64,000 bases of DNA, taken from positions 496,001 to 560,000 of the forward strand of contig NC_134036.1 in the NCBI RefSeq assembly GCF_964204645.1. Direction: 5' to 3'. The notes under the pieces were generated by a model. The model had not been told where the DNA came from. It searched no databases and was given only the letters and a program-made list of their open reading frames with translations. This DNA comes from Tubulanus polymorphus. Its lineage: Eukaryota; Animalia; Nemertea. This document shows positions 27,001-36,807 of the stretch, piece by piece; within the stretch, counting starts at the first letter, position 1, and each line of letters begins with the position of its first letter. The position numbers and the translations under genes were made by a program.

Positions 27001-29524
27001 CTTCAGTTTCAAATACAACAATGGAAGCGGTTAAAAGCTGTTAGAAATGTCTATCTTTCTATGTCTGTCTCTGTCCTGTCCTTTAGGTCTATATCGTGGT
27101 GTATAGAAACTACTACTATTTTTACAGTTATAGAAATTTCATCTCTACTTGTTCTCCATCCCTAGATCTATTATTGTAGTCTGTAGGAACTACCTTCGTT
27201 TCGATAGAAATCTCTTAGTGGCCTCAGGTCGACCCTCAGGTCGACCCTTAGGTCTCGAACTGTTATTTAATCATCCAGTGTCTGTGCTAGTACTGTCTCA
27301 AATTCAGTTATTGTTCCTGCAGAATTGGACATCCATTTTGTCCATTTACCGATTGCCACATAATTCGTTCATGTATCCCGTATAGAAATCTACGGTTCTT
27401 CGTTTGTCCACCAGGTGGCATTTCTATCCGATGAATCCCGCCCGATAGATGGCGCTGTCTGAATCCTGATTCCAGCATGTTGCACGATATACTCATCACT
27501 CAATTATCCGTTGTTGTCATAGTGATACACCCATGTTGTAACTGTACGGTATATCAGACACACTTCCCGTTTAGCTTCTAGCGGCAGCGTATGTTTTGCA
27601 CATTTACACCACCAGGTGGCGTTTTGATTAAGTAATTTTTTTTCCGTGTACCTCGTATTTCATTGAGGTTTATGTCCAGTTTTATATCTCGTAACTTTTC
27701 CACATTTTCTGAAATAAAACATTTTCGATATATCGTACATTCTCTTTAGATATATCTCGTAACGGACGGTGAATTAATTTCGATATTTATTCTCGATATT
27801 TTTTTAGATAATGATTGGGCCGATCCGGAGGACCCGACGGTGATCGCCGAAAATGAACTGTTGGGAGCGGCGAATTCGATCGAGGCCGCGGCTAAAAAAC
27901 TATCGTTACTGAAACCACGCCCTAAAGCTAAGGTAAGCTACACCGGCGCCATCTACTGGGTAATTCTATCTAACACTGGATATCCTCCGTTAGCTGGATG
28001 GAAACTTATGATACACTGCGAGAGAAGGTGTCGGTTACTTTGAGATATGTTTGATATAATTGGTGGTTGATATTTGAGGTTCCACCATTTATCAAACATA
28101 CCGCATTGTATCCAGACTAGATTCAACAAACCGAGGAAGAAAGAAGAGTAAGAGAGAGAAGGGAAGAGGGAGAAGGAGAAGGAGATTAGAAAACTTTATT
28201 TTATATTTTATAGGAAGCTGATGAATCGCTTAATTTCGAAGATCAAATTTTAGAAGCCGCAAAGTCGATCGCGGCAGCGACTTCGGCTCTCGTTAAATCG
28301 GCGTCTATCGCACAGAAAGAACTGGTTGCCTCCGGTAAAGTGAAACCGACCTATCATAGAGAACATATGGACGACGACGGACAATGGTCTCAAGGTCTCA
28401 TATCTGCTGTAAGTGTTAGTGTTTGAAACTGCGATATATCATGTTCATGTCTTAGATATATCAACCTGTGATATATCGATATCGATCTACGAGAGATGAT
28501 GAAATATTGTTAGTTTCTCTGAGATATGTTTGATATAATTGGTGGTTGTTTTGATTTCTATCATATATCAAACATAGCGCAGAGCGGCTGACTGTCGTCA
28601 CAGCAACCAGTCACAATAAGCGGATGGACAAACGAACGGCCGATAACCTACAACCTGTGTAGACATTCAAATTAGAAAACCTCTCATATCACTGTTACTT
28701 TAAACAATCGGATCTGTTTGTATTTGCAGGCTCGTATTGTTGCCGCGGCGACGCATAGTTTATGCGAAGCGGCTAACGCGATGATTCAAGGTCACGCTAG
28801 CGAAGAAAAGATGATCTCGTCCGCTAAACAGGTCGCTAGTTCGACGGCTCAGTTATTGGTCGCTTGTAAAGTGAAGGCCGATTCGAATTCTGTTGCTATG
28901 AGACGATTACAGGTATGTAACAATGATTACAGTGGAATCTTCCTTACTCGGTATCGTTGAATTCAGGGTTTACCGGCCTCAAGTGTGTGAACTTAAATTA
29001 GATTTATTTTGAAAATTCTTTTATAGTAAATATCACCTAAGTTGGACATTGCCAATGTGGACTTATTTTCTGATTTCTTTTATTTCTGATCGATTACTCA
29101 ATTTTACTCTTCAGCAATAACTCAAAGATTAATGTTGCTAGTCCCAGTTTGCCTGAGGTTTACTGCTGTACCATTGCTACCAAATGAGGAAGAATTTTTA
29201 AGGCAGAAATTTACTAAGACAATGACTGAATAAAACTAATGATATTGTATTGTGTGTATTCAGGCTGCTGGTAATGCTGTAATGAGAGCGACTGACGCTC
29301 TGGTCAGAGCCGCGCAGGATGCTAAAGACCGATCAGATGATACAAACGTGTTGATGATAAACAAACGCATGGTCGGCGGTATGGCGCAGATTATTATGGC
29401 GCAAGAGGAGATTCTTCGCAAGGAGAAAGAACTGGAAATGGCGCGGAAAAAACTGAAAACAATTCGCACGGCGCAATATCGTCCGGAGGATGAGGAAAAC
29501 AATGCTGGAGGCAGCAATTTCTAG
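1..29524 (+). CDS. TLN: Talin, 5'-partial: FERM F2/F3, rod R1-R13, THATCH (I/LWEQ) and dimerisation helix
   Basis: Translations match talin hallmarks: DQNVDARDPVQLNLLYVQ, KGKNKLVPRLLGITK, WAASPNSFTLDFGDY, QLIAGYIDIILKK, VLSAATVVAKHTSALCN, DPEDPTVIAENELLGAA, GQWSQGLISAAR, QLLVACKVKAD. Exons, all GT-AG and frame-consistent: <1-62,1530-1657,1742-1910,2028-2285,2372-2448,2529-2709,3625-3765,3855-4015,4378-4648,5083-5460,5804-6046,6237-6479,6949-7197,7679-7810,7956-8267,8512-8631,9013-9231,9321-9439,9721-9904,10331-10597,12743-12904,13021-13161,13454-13635,13722-13854,14398-14679,14914-15060,15148-15249,16464-16583,16964-17110,17539-17705,17968-18151,19328-19453,21350-21466,21543-21728,21815-21919,21993-22098,27808-27932,28214-28408,28730-28912,29264-29524(TAG). 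Confidence 0.97.
150..1500. repeat. 60-bp tandem satellite (about 22 copies) in a talin intron
   Basis: Unit gtaccatccaactcagatatcactctcaagtcaaaagatctgacttgagcggagtctact; internal inverted repeat CTCAAGTCA/TGACTTGAG. Confidence 0.97.
2877..2885 (+). CDS. TLN: Candidate 9-nt talin microexon (ILR) in the head-rod linker
   Basis: ttccgattcaaaacag|ATTTTACGA|gtaagt; both flanking exons are phase 0; consensus donor. Confidence 0.6.
4745..4876. mobile_element. MITE family C (PIF/Harbinger-like, CAG TSD)
   Basis: Terminal inverted repeats ggctacagttgctgaaaagttggttaaa / tttaaccaacctttgagcaactggctc; CAG at 4742-4744 and 4877-4879; related copies near 23460-23737, 36095-36220, 49688-49818, 55861-56143, 59080-59190. 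Confidence 0.75.
5507..5644. mobile_element. MITE family A (about 138 bp)
   Basis: Near-identical to 41141-41278; imperfect TIR gggcc.(c/g)ttgca.agtcgtgactta / taagccatgactatgcaaccggccc. Confidence 0.8.
8276..8484. repeat. 52-bp tandem repeat x4 containing a CTCF-like motif
   Basis: Unit caacaccagggggcgctgcatctctcaactgttgtcaatagaatctctaaaa fills most of talin intron 8268-8511. Confidence 0.9.
8704..8862. mobile_element. MITE family B (PIF/Harbinger-like, CAG TSD)
   Basis: Same internal sequence as 13995-14153; CAG at 8701-8703 and 8863-8865. Confidence 0.8.
9918..10256. repeat. GA-rich polypurine low-complexity tract
   Basis: (GA)n/GGGAGA runs; similar tracts at ~42830-42920 and ~47418-47503. 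Confidence 0.9.
11318..11666. repeat. Complex minisatellite with a GAGCCCAGAACTG core
   Basis: Repeated cccagaact/cccagaaccatggcgctgca subunits. Confidence 0.85.
11921..11935 (+). CDS. TLN: Candidate 15-nt talin microexon (DFRAM)
   Basis: gttgtttatcaag|GATTTTCGCGCCATG|gtaacg; phase 0/0 between QQE and VLSAAT. Confidence 0.5.
13995..14153. mobile_element. MITE family B (PIF/Harbinger-like, CAG TSD)
   Basis: TIR ggctcggtttcatagac / gtctatgaaaccgggcc; CAG at 13992-13994 and 14154-14156. Confidence 0.85.
15626..15652 (+). CDS. TLN: Candidate 27-nt talin microexon (VGKAGFEFG)
   Basis: ccgtaatttag|GTCGGC...TTCGGG|gtaaga; phase 0/0; GC-rich island in an AT-rich intron; (CAT)n YCAY cluster just upstream. 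Confidence 0.6.
18369..18413 (+). CDS. TLN: Candidate 45-nt talin cassette exon (MIIDYHRMSMEIEGQ)
   Basis: tgcatgcattgttgtatttag|ATG...GGACAG|gtagga; phase 0/0, open frame. Confidence 0.55.
18773..19088. mobile_element. Putative MITE with CATGGTTCCC termini
   Basis: TIR catggttccc / gggaaccatg flanked by direct repeat CTTTTA on both sides; internal GGGAA repeats. Confidence 0.5.
19595..20110. repeat. 22-bp tandem minisatellite
   Basis: Unit cagttacagattggactgg(c/t)t, about 20 copies; source of the spurious ORFs at 19599-20192. Confidence 0.95.
20137..20184 (+). CDS. TLN: Candidate 48-nt talin cassette exon (WDQTFSSRQLLIDREQ)
   Basis: tgcatgtttatcgttgtag|TGG...GAGCAA|gtgagt; phase 0/0, open frame. 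Confidence 0.5.
22913..23182. mobile_element. MITE family B, reverse orientation, with the terminal ~55 bp present three times in tandem
   Basis: ggtttc(a/g)tagactgagtatc.aagttatcc.taggggtaaatcctcaat x3, then the remainder of the element. Confidence 0.8.
23516..23667. mobile_element. Tourist/Harbinger-like MITE (TTA TSD) nested in a family C copy
   Basis: TIR ggggtgattgatttattacgtacacat / atgcgtacgtaataaacgaatgatccc; TTA at 23513-23515 and 23668-23670. Confidence 0.7.
24619..24705 (+). CDS. TLN: Candidate 87-nt talin cassette exon (DNEAPESSLHGKQQASPLGYSGFQANLLR)
   Basis: ttgtattttcttcag|ACAAC...CTACGAT|gtatgt; phase 1/1 matches the flanking exon ends (22098/27808); open frame. Confidence 0.6.
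25420..25515 (+). CDS. TLN: Candidate 96-nt talin exon (xSEWMFNRYASPGQKARAPRPFRDQLNHQPLS), GC donor or alternative terminal exon
   Basis: gttactttttag|ATTCCGAATGG...; phase-1 open frame; ends either at |gcaagt (GC-AG) or reads on to TAA at 25554-25556. Confidence 0.45.
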
Positions 29525-29862
29525 AATCAACCAAACAACCTCTAGAATCAGCTCAGCAACTTCTTGAATCAACTGAGCCACTTCTAGAATCAGCTGAGCC
29601 ACTTCTAGAATCAGCTGAGTAACTTCTAGAATCAACTGAGCAACTCCTAGAATCAGCTCAGCAACTTCTTGAATCAACTGAGCCACTTGTAGCATCATCT
29701 GGGTAACTTCTAGAATCAACCAAACAACTTCTAGAATCAACTGAGCATATTCTAGAATCAGCTCAGCAACTTGTAGAATTTACAAAGAAACCTCTTGAAT
29801 TCACGATGAATCTTCCAGAATTGACGAAGCTACTTCTAGAATCAACTGAGCCACTTCTAGAG
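29510..29862. repeat. 21-bp tandem repeat starting at the talin stop codon (3'UTR)
   Basis: Unit ttctagaatcaactgagccac; the first copy contains the TAG stop. Confidence 0.9.
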
Positions 29863-31591
29863 TTAACCCTCCTCTCCTTGTCCAGCTATGTCCAACCTTT
29901 ACTCGCGGAGAAGGTCCTAATCCCCTTCTATGTCCAGCTCTCTTTACTGTAACTTACAGAACTCCACTAATTTCGTGTAAAAAGTGTACATAAGATAGTC
30001 GACTATATATCGGTGCTGTAGGCTGCTTTAAATCAATACAACATTATCGCGTGTGTGAATGAAACATTGAATATGCAAATCAGATATTACATATGTTCTT
30101 ACATAACGACTTAAGATGCAGAATTCTATTTCTGATATTAATATTGATATTAATATTATATAGATATATATCTATTCTAATGTAATCATGAGAGTTTCAG
30201 TAAGAGAATAACATATGTATTTTGTAGTGTAATTTATGCAATTAGTTCTTTGTACATTAAGCGTTAGTATGACCTGTGGTGCCACCTATATCTGCCGATA
30301 TGAACAACGATTTATGAAAAAAATTCTCAGGAATTCTCAAAATCTCTAAATTCGATTTAAAATCTCGAAAATATACTGCCGAAATAATAAATATTTCCAT
30401 GACAGTTCGGAAAAAAATGAGCGCAATATTATTTCGCTTTCTGATGACACGAGGATCAAAGCAACTTTTGCGGATATGATATCCCAGCTCCTCCCCTGCG
30501 CCCCCTATATTTAAACTTATACATATCCTAAAACTACTTAGCATGTTTAAACTATATCATTGAAATATATGAATATATATATACACATATATATCAATAA
30601 TACGTTTTAGTCTTATCATTATTAATTGACTGAACGAGATGTTTCAATAGTTTCTATGGCGATAACTCTTATCAGCATTTTTGAAGCCGATATCCGAATC
30701 ATGTATCGTAACACAGCGGTATCAGTTGTTGCCTTGGTAACTAGACGTTCATCCTTCTTGATATTTTGGTGCTATTGTTGTGAGATATTTTTCATGTTTT
30801 ATGTAAATTGTTTATTTTTTTCTCCATTATTTCTGCTTCATTATGCGCCTTCGAAACATATATTCAAATTAGAGTTGCTTTCGCTTATATTCTTTTGGCT
30901 TCGTTCCAAATCGTCTAAACACAGTGGCACCATCTGGTGGCTGATTCTAGTATGAACATATCATCAATGTTTTTATCGTTTCATTTCATATGAATCTAAA
31001 TTTCTGTTTTCCATAACACTTCGGATAGCTATATCACATTAATAGGACTATATGTGAATTGTTATATACACCGGCACCATCTATTGTACGTATTTTGTAC
31101 TAACAACATATAAGGATGATATATCACGGGCTTTCGCAAGATTATAATAAAATATGCAAATTATTGTTAATATTAAATAATCATTTGATCGATTACTAAC
31201 AAAAAGCCTTCGAAAAGCAGTATTGTCTAATATATCGTATAATATATTATTATAATATATGTATCTTACAGAAATTGAATATTATTAGAATTGAATAAAT
31301 ATCATGCTATTACGAGATATGTTCATGTTGATTTATGTTAATTATGTTCTCGTGATTAGCATTCTTTCGATTCCCATGATTGTCAATCCGTCCTCAACTT
31401 TTCAAACATGCTAACATCGCATTGTGAATGAATTTGCAGGAGTCCATTTGTAAGAAGCACGACACGAATAAGGAAGATGTTTTTATCTATAAGGAATATA
31501 TTTATTCTAATAACAATCCAAGCAAAATCAACTATTCAATTATTACAAATGATCTCATTCAGTTTCAGTCACGCGTGTATGGCGCAATAGT

Positions 31592-32942
31592 TCATTGAGC
31601 AGGATTCAGCAAACCGCTGTCCGGAGCCGAGTCCCAGATTATCTTCTGTATGTCCCTGAATTTAGGATGTTTAGCATTGCGACACAATCCCAGTATCATA
31701 CTCTCGCTCGTCGTTAGGAAGGCTCCGGCATCTTTCATTCTGTCGAACGCATATTTCCTGCAAATATAAAAATGTAGTTTAAGGCTAAACAAAAATGATA
31801 CCTTGTTTCTTCGCAGCGGCCGGGTCATTTTCGTAAAATATGATAAAATTTGTAAACAGTTCATTTCTATAGCGGCCGGGTCTGTTATGGTAAAATTGAT
31901 CACGATTTAAAAAAAGGTAGGTTAGAGTAGATAGACGGCCGGGTCAATATTTAAGCTCAGCAGAGCGGAGAAACAAGGTATCAATTATTTTAGCCTAATC
32001 TAGGTCATGCACGATTGACTTTAGCCTCGATAATGGAATCAATAACTACTTGTACATTGTCCCCAATAAACAATTAGTGTCTCATGATAACGAACTATGG
32101 TTAACACGCTACAAGGAGCTACACTGAATAACATATCTGGGAAGGGGTGAGGCTTTAGGTCCAGGTCGTGCCAATACAAACCTGTCGACTAATGATCTTG
32201 AAGATGATGCATCTACCACTATATGAACTTGATAGTTATTTTCCAGTAAATCGAGAGCAGTTTGTTGAATGCAAGCTTGAGTTTCTATACCGCATAATAT
32301 CACCTGATTGCGATCTGTATTGAAGAAAATGTTATAAAACAGTCAAAATCCTACAACATACGCTTTTCAGTTACTTTGCGCCTGCTGCAGACCTGCCCTA
32401 TGCAGTGTTACAACCTTTGTGTCGTTCAAGGAACTCTTTGATTTCAGGTGTCATCATAGAGAATTGAGTTTTTGGTATGATCTTTTCACTTTCGATGCCT
32501 AATTCCGCCACAGTGACTCCTAAACCTACAATCAAGATTTAATGTTCATCATCGTCCACGGACTGAGCCGAGCCACTTCAATCCGAATAAGCATTACACC
32601 GCAGAGGTGTACAAAAACTGTTTAAAGAATATTAAAATTCAAATCACACAGCGGAGCTATACCCATTAAATTAGGGGATTATCCGTCATCGTCACCTTAA
32701 AGGGGATTCCATATATATATATATACCAGTTGGGCTAGGGGGACTGTAATGGTGTTACCTTTTGGGTACTGTTCTGTCACTATAACAGGGATGTCAAGGT
32801 GTCTCGCAGTTCTCAATACACGGTTCGACACTTCTACAATCTGCGCAAAATACTTCACCGTCGGTCGAAACTTTTCTTGCATATCACAAAGAAATAACAA
32901 GGATTTATCCAACACAACCTTCCCAATCCTGTTAGCAGCCAT
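31592..32942 (-). CDS. ISOC2: Isochorismatase domain-containing protein 2-like (197 aa, 4 exons)
   Basis: Motifs [77 protein letters not shown]. Exons 32942-32759, 32525-32415, 32314-32182, 31757-31592. Lacks the ISOC1 N-terminal extension. AATAAA on - strand at 31501-31506. Confidence 0.9.
31783..31995. mobile_element. MITE with TAA TSD in ISOC2 intron 3
   Basis: TIR ggctaaacaaaaatgataccttgtttct / agaaacaaggtatcaattattttagcc; TAA at 31780-31782 and 31996-31998. Confidence 0.7.
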
Positions 32943-33077
32943 TTTGCCGTACCGTGCTGCCGCCCGTTAATGACGTTAAAGTCGTGAACTAATCACGCGT
33001 CGTGACGTCACTCTTCCCGCGCTCAGCGTATATCCATGTCATTCAAACGCATATGCTGATCCGCGGCAGCTGATGAG
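32943..33077. promoter_or_regulatory. Bidirectional promoter ISOC2(-)/LHFPL2(+) with palindromic CRE
   Basis: CpG-rich segment immediately upstream of the ISOC2 ATG; TGACGTCA at 33003-33010 within GTGACGTCAC; + strand donor GAG|gtgagc at 33077/33078, a likely non-coding first exon of LHFPL2. Confidence 0.5.
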
Positions 33078-33679
33078 GTGAGCGCTTTTATAGTCTTTTT
33101 TAAAATCCTAATTCAGATTCCTATTTTTTGTAACCTTTAACTTGAATTCCAACGAACAAGTGGCCACGAAGTTGCCAAGATACAGCAACAATAGAATAGC
33201 TGACCGGTTTGTATAGAAGTTGCTGAGTCAACTCGGGGACTGACCACTGTAAATGTTACCTAGAAACGGCAACAATCGAGCAGAAATCGATCCCGGAAAT
33301 TGATGCATGAATATTTTCAAAATTTGGAAAGGTCTGCCGCGCAATAGCGAGCCCGGATATCATGGCGTCCCACGTTTTGGAGAAAGACTATCATAATGTG
33401 AAGATTAGGAACTGACTCAGTAAAACGTTTCTTACATCAACAGATCAGGAAATGCGGCAACAAGCTGCAACGTTTTGTGCGAGTCAAATTTAACGAGGCG
33501 TTTAAAACGATACGTGCCGAACACCGTTTTATGGTACAGAATATACACGTATAGAATGAGAGGAAATTTCAACGCTGTAATTTACGAGAAACCTGGAAAT
33601 AATTTGTATTATGGTGAAACCCGAGTAAATGCAGCAACTACTGAGGTGGAAATAGAGGGGAGAGAGAGAGGCAGAACCA

Positions 33680-33680
33680 A

Positions 33681-33723
<43 letters not shown>
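33680..33723. repeat. (CAT)n microsatellite
   Basis: About 14 perfect CAT units. Confidence 0.95.
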
Positions 33724-34571
33724 GTCGAAATTACAGTTCTCTGATTAGCTTTTACGACCGTAATCATTAGAAAATGGGAATTATCGTGTCACTTGAGGAA
33801 TGGCGAAATCGCAGTAAATAAAGAACAACTATAGCGGAAATATTCAACCGAGGGAATTAGATCTTTGAACGGCTCGTAATGAGGAGGAGAATTTCACTTT
33901 TACTGCACTAACTGACCGCTGAATCATCAACAATACTCGACTGACCCATCATGTGGAAGTTGCTAAGATACACGCATACCAGTTTAGGAATGTTATTTGA
34001 TGCTGTTTAGTGAAAATGGTGACTCGAAAGAATGTTTCATTTTTTCACACCAAATCAATTATAGTCCGTGTTTGGCTAAGTGATTCTTCAATCATTCAAG
34101 ATGGTGGTGAGATCGAAGATGTTTGGACGCTGCAGAACGGAGTGAAGTGTATCATAAGATCTCGCATTCGATCAGATCCGTCACTTTCCACTACATCGAA
34201 CTGTCCCGCGATTGAGATTATGAAGTCAGGAGCCATCATAATACAATACAACTGACGAGTCGTAAAAGCGATTAATTATATCTGGGGTGACTGTAATAGC
34301 GACTATGACTCATCCCCGAACAGACCGGGAGAGATTTTATTGCACGGATACCCGGCGTTACTATGAACATTTGACCATATGCAATATTTGCTTTGAACAA
34401 ACTTACACATTTGGGCCGATAGTTGGTATCAATTGGGGCAATATGAAACTGAGAATGTCAGATAATGATCAGCTCTTCTGATAGGCTATTCATTTGACAA
34501 CCGTTCGCCATGACTGGTCACCGCTCAGTAGGTCACCACATTGACCAAATAAACTCTTAGACCTACAACAT

Positions 34572-34710
34572 GGTTTCGTGGTCTAGTGGTCAGCGCGCTG
34601 TCGTGGCACGCCAGGGTTCCCGGGTTCGAATCCAGCGCTCTCTGTGGCGTCTGGTAATTTTGGACAACATCCCTATCCTAACAGAACTCCGATCCGTCCG
34701 ATCCGGGCCC
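34572..34710 (+). mobile_element. tRNA-derived SINE head or tRNA pseudogene
   Basis: Pol III A-box TGGTCTAGTGG (34579-34589) and B-box GGTTCGAATCC (34623-34633) at tRNA spacing, but acceptor and anticodon stems do not pair; 3' boundary is approximate. Confidence 0.6.
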
Positions 34711-35321
34711 GAAATATTCTTTTTCATAAAAAATACTGCAGTTTCGATGTAAATAGAAACATCTTTTAGAGAATCATCTTTAGATTGACAGGGAACGATA
34801 TAGAATGCGTTTTAAGTGTCTGAACCACTCTGCTCGATAACAGTTTGTTTATGATCTAAAATACTCTTATAAACCTTGTATTACATAAACGAGATACCAG
34901 TCGGTAACCGACTCACTGGGGGAGAGAAAAAACGGCATCTCTCTCAACAGTTCGACTTCATAGAATTATAATTAGCTACCGGTATGTATAACACTATAGT
35001 GTTTACTGCGGCGTGGGAACTTCAGGAATGATGTTTCATTCTATTATCACATGATCACTACTCGTCTCTTGTATAATACTTATGTATCACAAGAAAATAC
35101 TGTATTCATAGTAAACTGAGTGGAGATATCGGTGAAGATATTTGAGATCGAGAGAGTAAAGAAATTCCTACGCATGATGTAAATTCACGGGTTAACTCGG
35201 CGCTACACTCGGTGAACTCCATCACCCCGGGACTCAGAATAATAAATAGAACAAACTTGTTCCTCTATTTTTAGGATGACTTCAAATCCGTACACATCGA
35301 GTTGAGGATCTCTAACCGATC

Positions 35322-36426
35322 ATGTGTTTCGTCGTGGTCACGTGTCGTTCGTTGCTATGGACGCTGCTGACCCTCGTATCGACGCTGGTCATTGTTGCGT
35401 CGGTGATCACGCCTCAATGGCTGATCGGTCAAGCGCGTCGCGAGAACGTTAGGTACGGAACCACCTCGCCGACGGAAACCGGAGACGATGACGGCGTTTT
35501 CAGACCGACCCTCGGGATCTACAACCGCTGCACCAGGCTGCACATGTTCAACGATTACAGTACGAAAAACTGCGCCCCCTATGTGACTAAATTCACAATG
35601 ACAGACGATGAGTTCCCGCACGTTTGGAAGGCGGTTTTAATACTGTTTTGTTTGTCCGGTTTAATGTTAACATTCACAGTAATCACGGCAATCGTGAGTT
35701 TGTGTTTCCGTTCAATGTGCAAAAAAGACATCTTCACGTTAACCGGACTTCTACAAAGTTTATCAGGTAATGACTTCAGTGACATCCCCCCTGGGCAGAG
35801 TCCAGTGAAAAGTCCAATTCTTCAAATATCAAATTTAAGCCTAGAAATTTGAGCTTGATTCAATCAGTCAACTAATTCCTGTCAAGATATTCCGAAATTA
35901 AAAACAACCGATAATTTTGTAAAATATTCATGTAATATTTTCTCATTTTGAAGGTCTATTATTGATATTGGCTCTTGTGTTGTATCCAGCTGGTTGGGGT
36001 TCGATGAGGGTCCAGAGAGTATGCGGATTAGAATCTAGTCTTTACTACATGGGTAACTGTGATTTAGGTAAGACAATACAATTATCCAGATTTGGGGCCG
36101 TCAGTTGATGCTCGAAAGTTGGTAAAAAAGAGTCGGACAGTCACAGCTTTGAGTAATTCAGTCCGATTACCCCAGGGTCACAGGAACCACAAGTTAAATT
36201 TAACCAACTTTTGGCCAACTTGTCCTTGTTGTCATAGTTCAAAAGGTCGCTCATAGATGTCGCTTTTCGTTTTGTATTTCTAGGCTGGGCGTTCTACTCG
36301 TGTATAGGGGGCACTGTGTTGGTGATAATCTGCGCGATGTTGTCTATCCAGGCTTCAGCGGCCACTTCCAGCAGAAAGGTCGAAGAACAGATCATGCAAG
36401 GACGAAATCCGATTTGCGTTTTGTGA
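35322..36426 (+). CDS. LHFPL2: LHFPL tetraspan subfamily member 2-like (233 aa)
   Basis: N-terminus [46 protein letters not shown]-terminus GRNPICVL. Coding exons 35322-35766, 35954-36067, 36284-36426. Confidence 0.92.
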
Positions 36427-36807
36427 ATTCAAAAATAAAAAACTTATAAAATCATAATAATATTTGAATTTATTGTATATGAATTAAATATGTACAAATT
36501 TAATTTGCAATTCTACGAATTCTAACAAATTGTAATCATTTAATGAATTACAATACCTTGATACAAATTCCGTCATGGGAATTTTTGTGTTTTATGTATG
36601 GATGTATTTTAACATTTTTCATGTTGACGTATTTTAGAAATTCATAGATTTTCACCCCTATAGGTGCAAGGGGTGTGAAGTATATACTGATTTTAATAAG
36701 TGTTGTGAACTGTATGGGACGTGTTCCTTTTTAAATGTTTGACATTTTGTTGCAGAAATTAATGAATAAATTTTGTCCGTGTCTCTCATGTCGAACTGTC
36801 TTCGGTT

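Noticed and set aside
29522-29530. Stop-codon readthrough of talin or the other genes
   Set aside because: No TGA-CTA(G)-type leaky context at any stop; in talin another in-frame TAG follows within 21 nt
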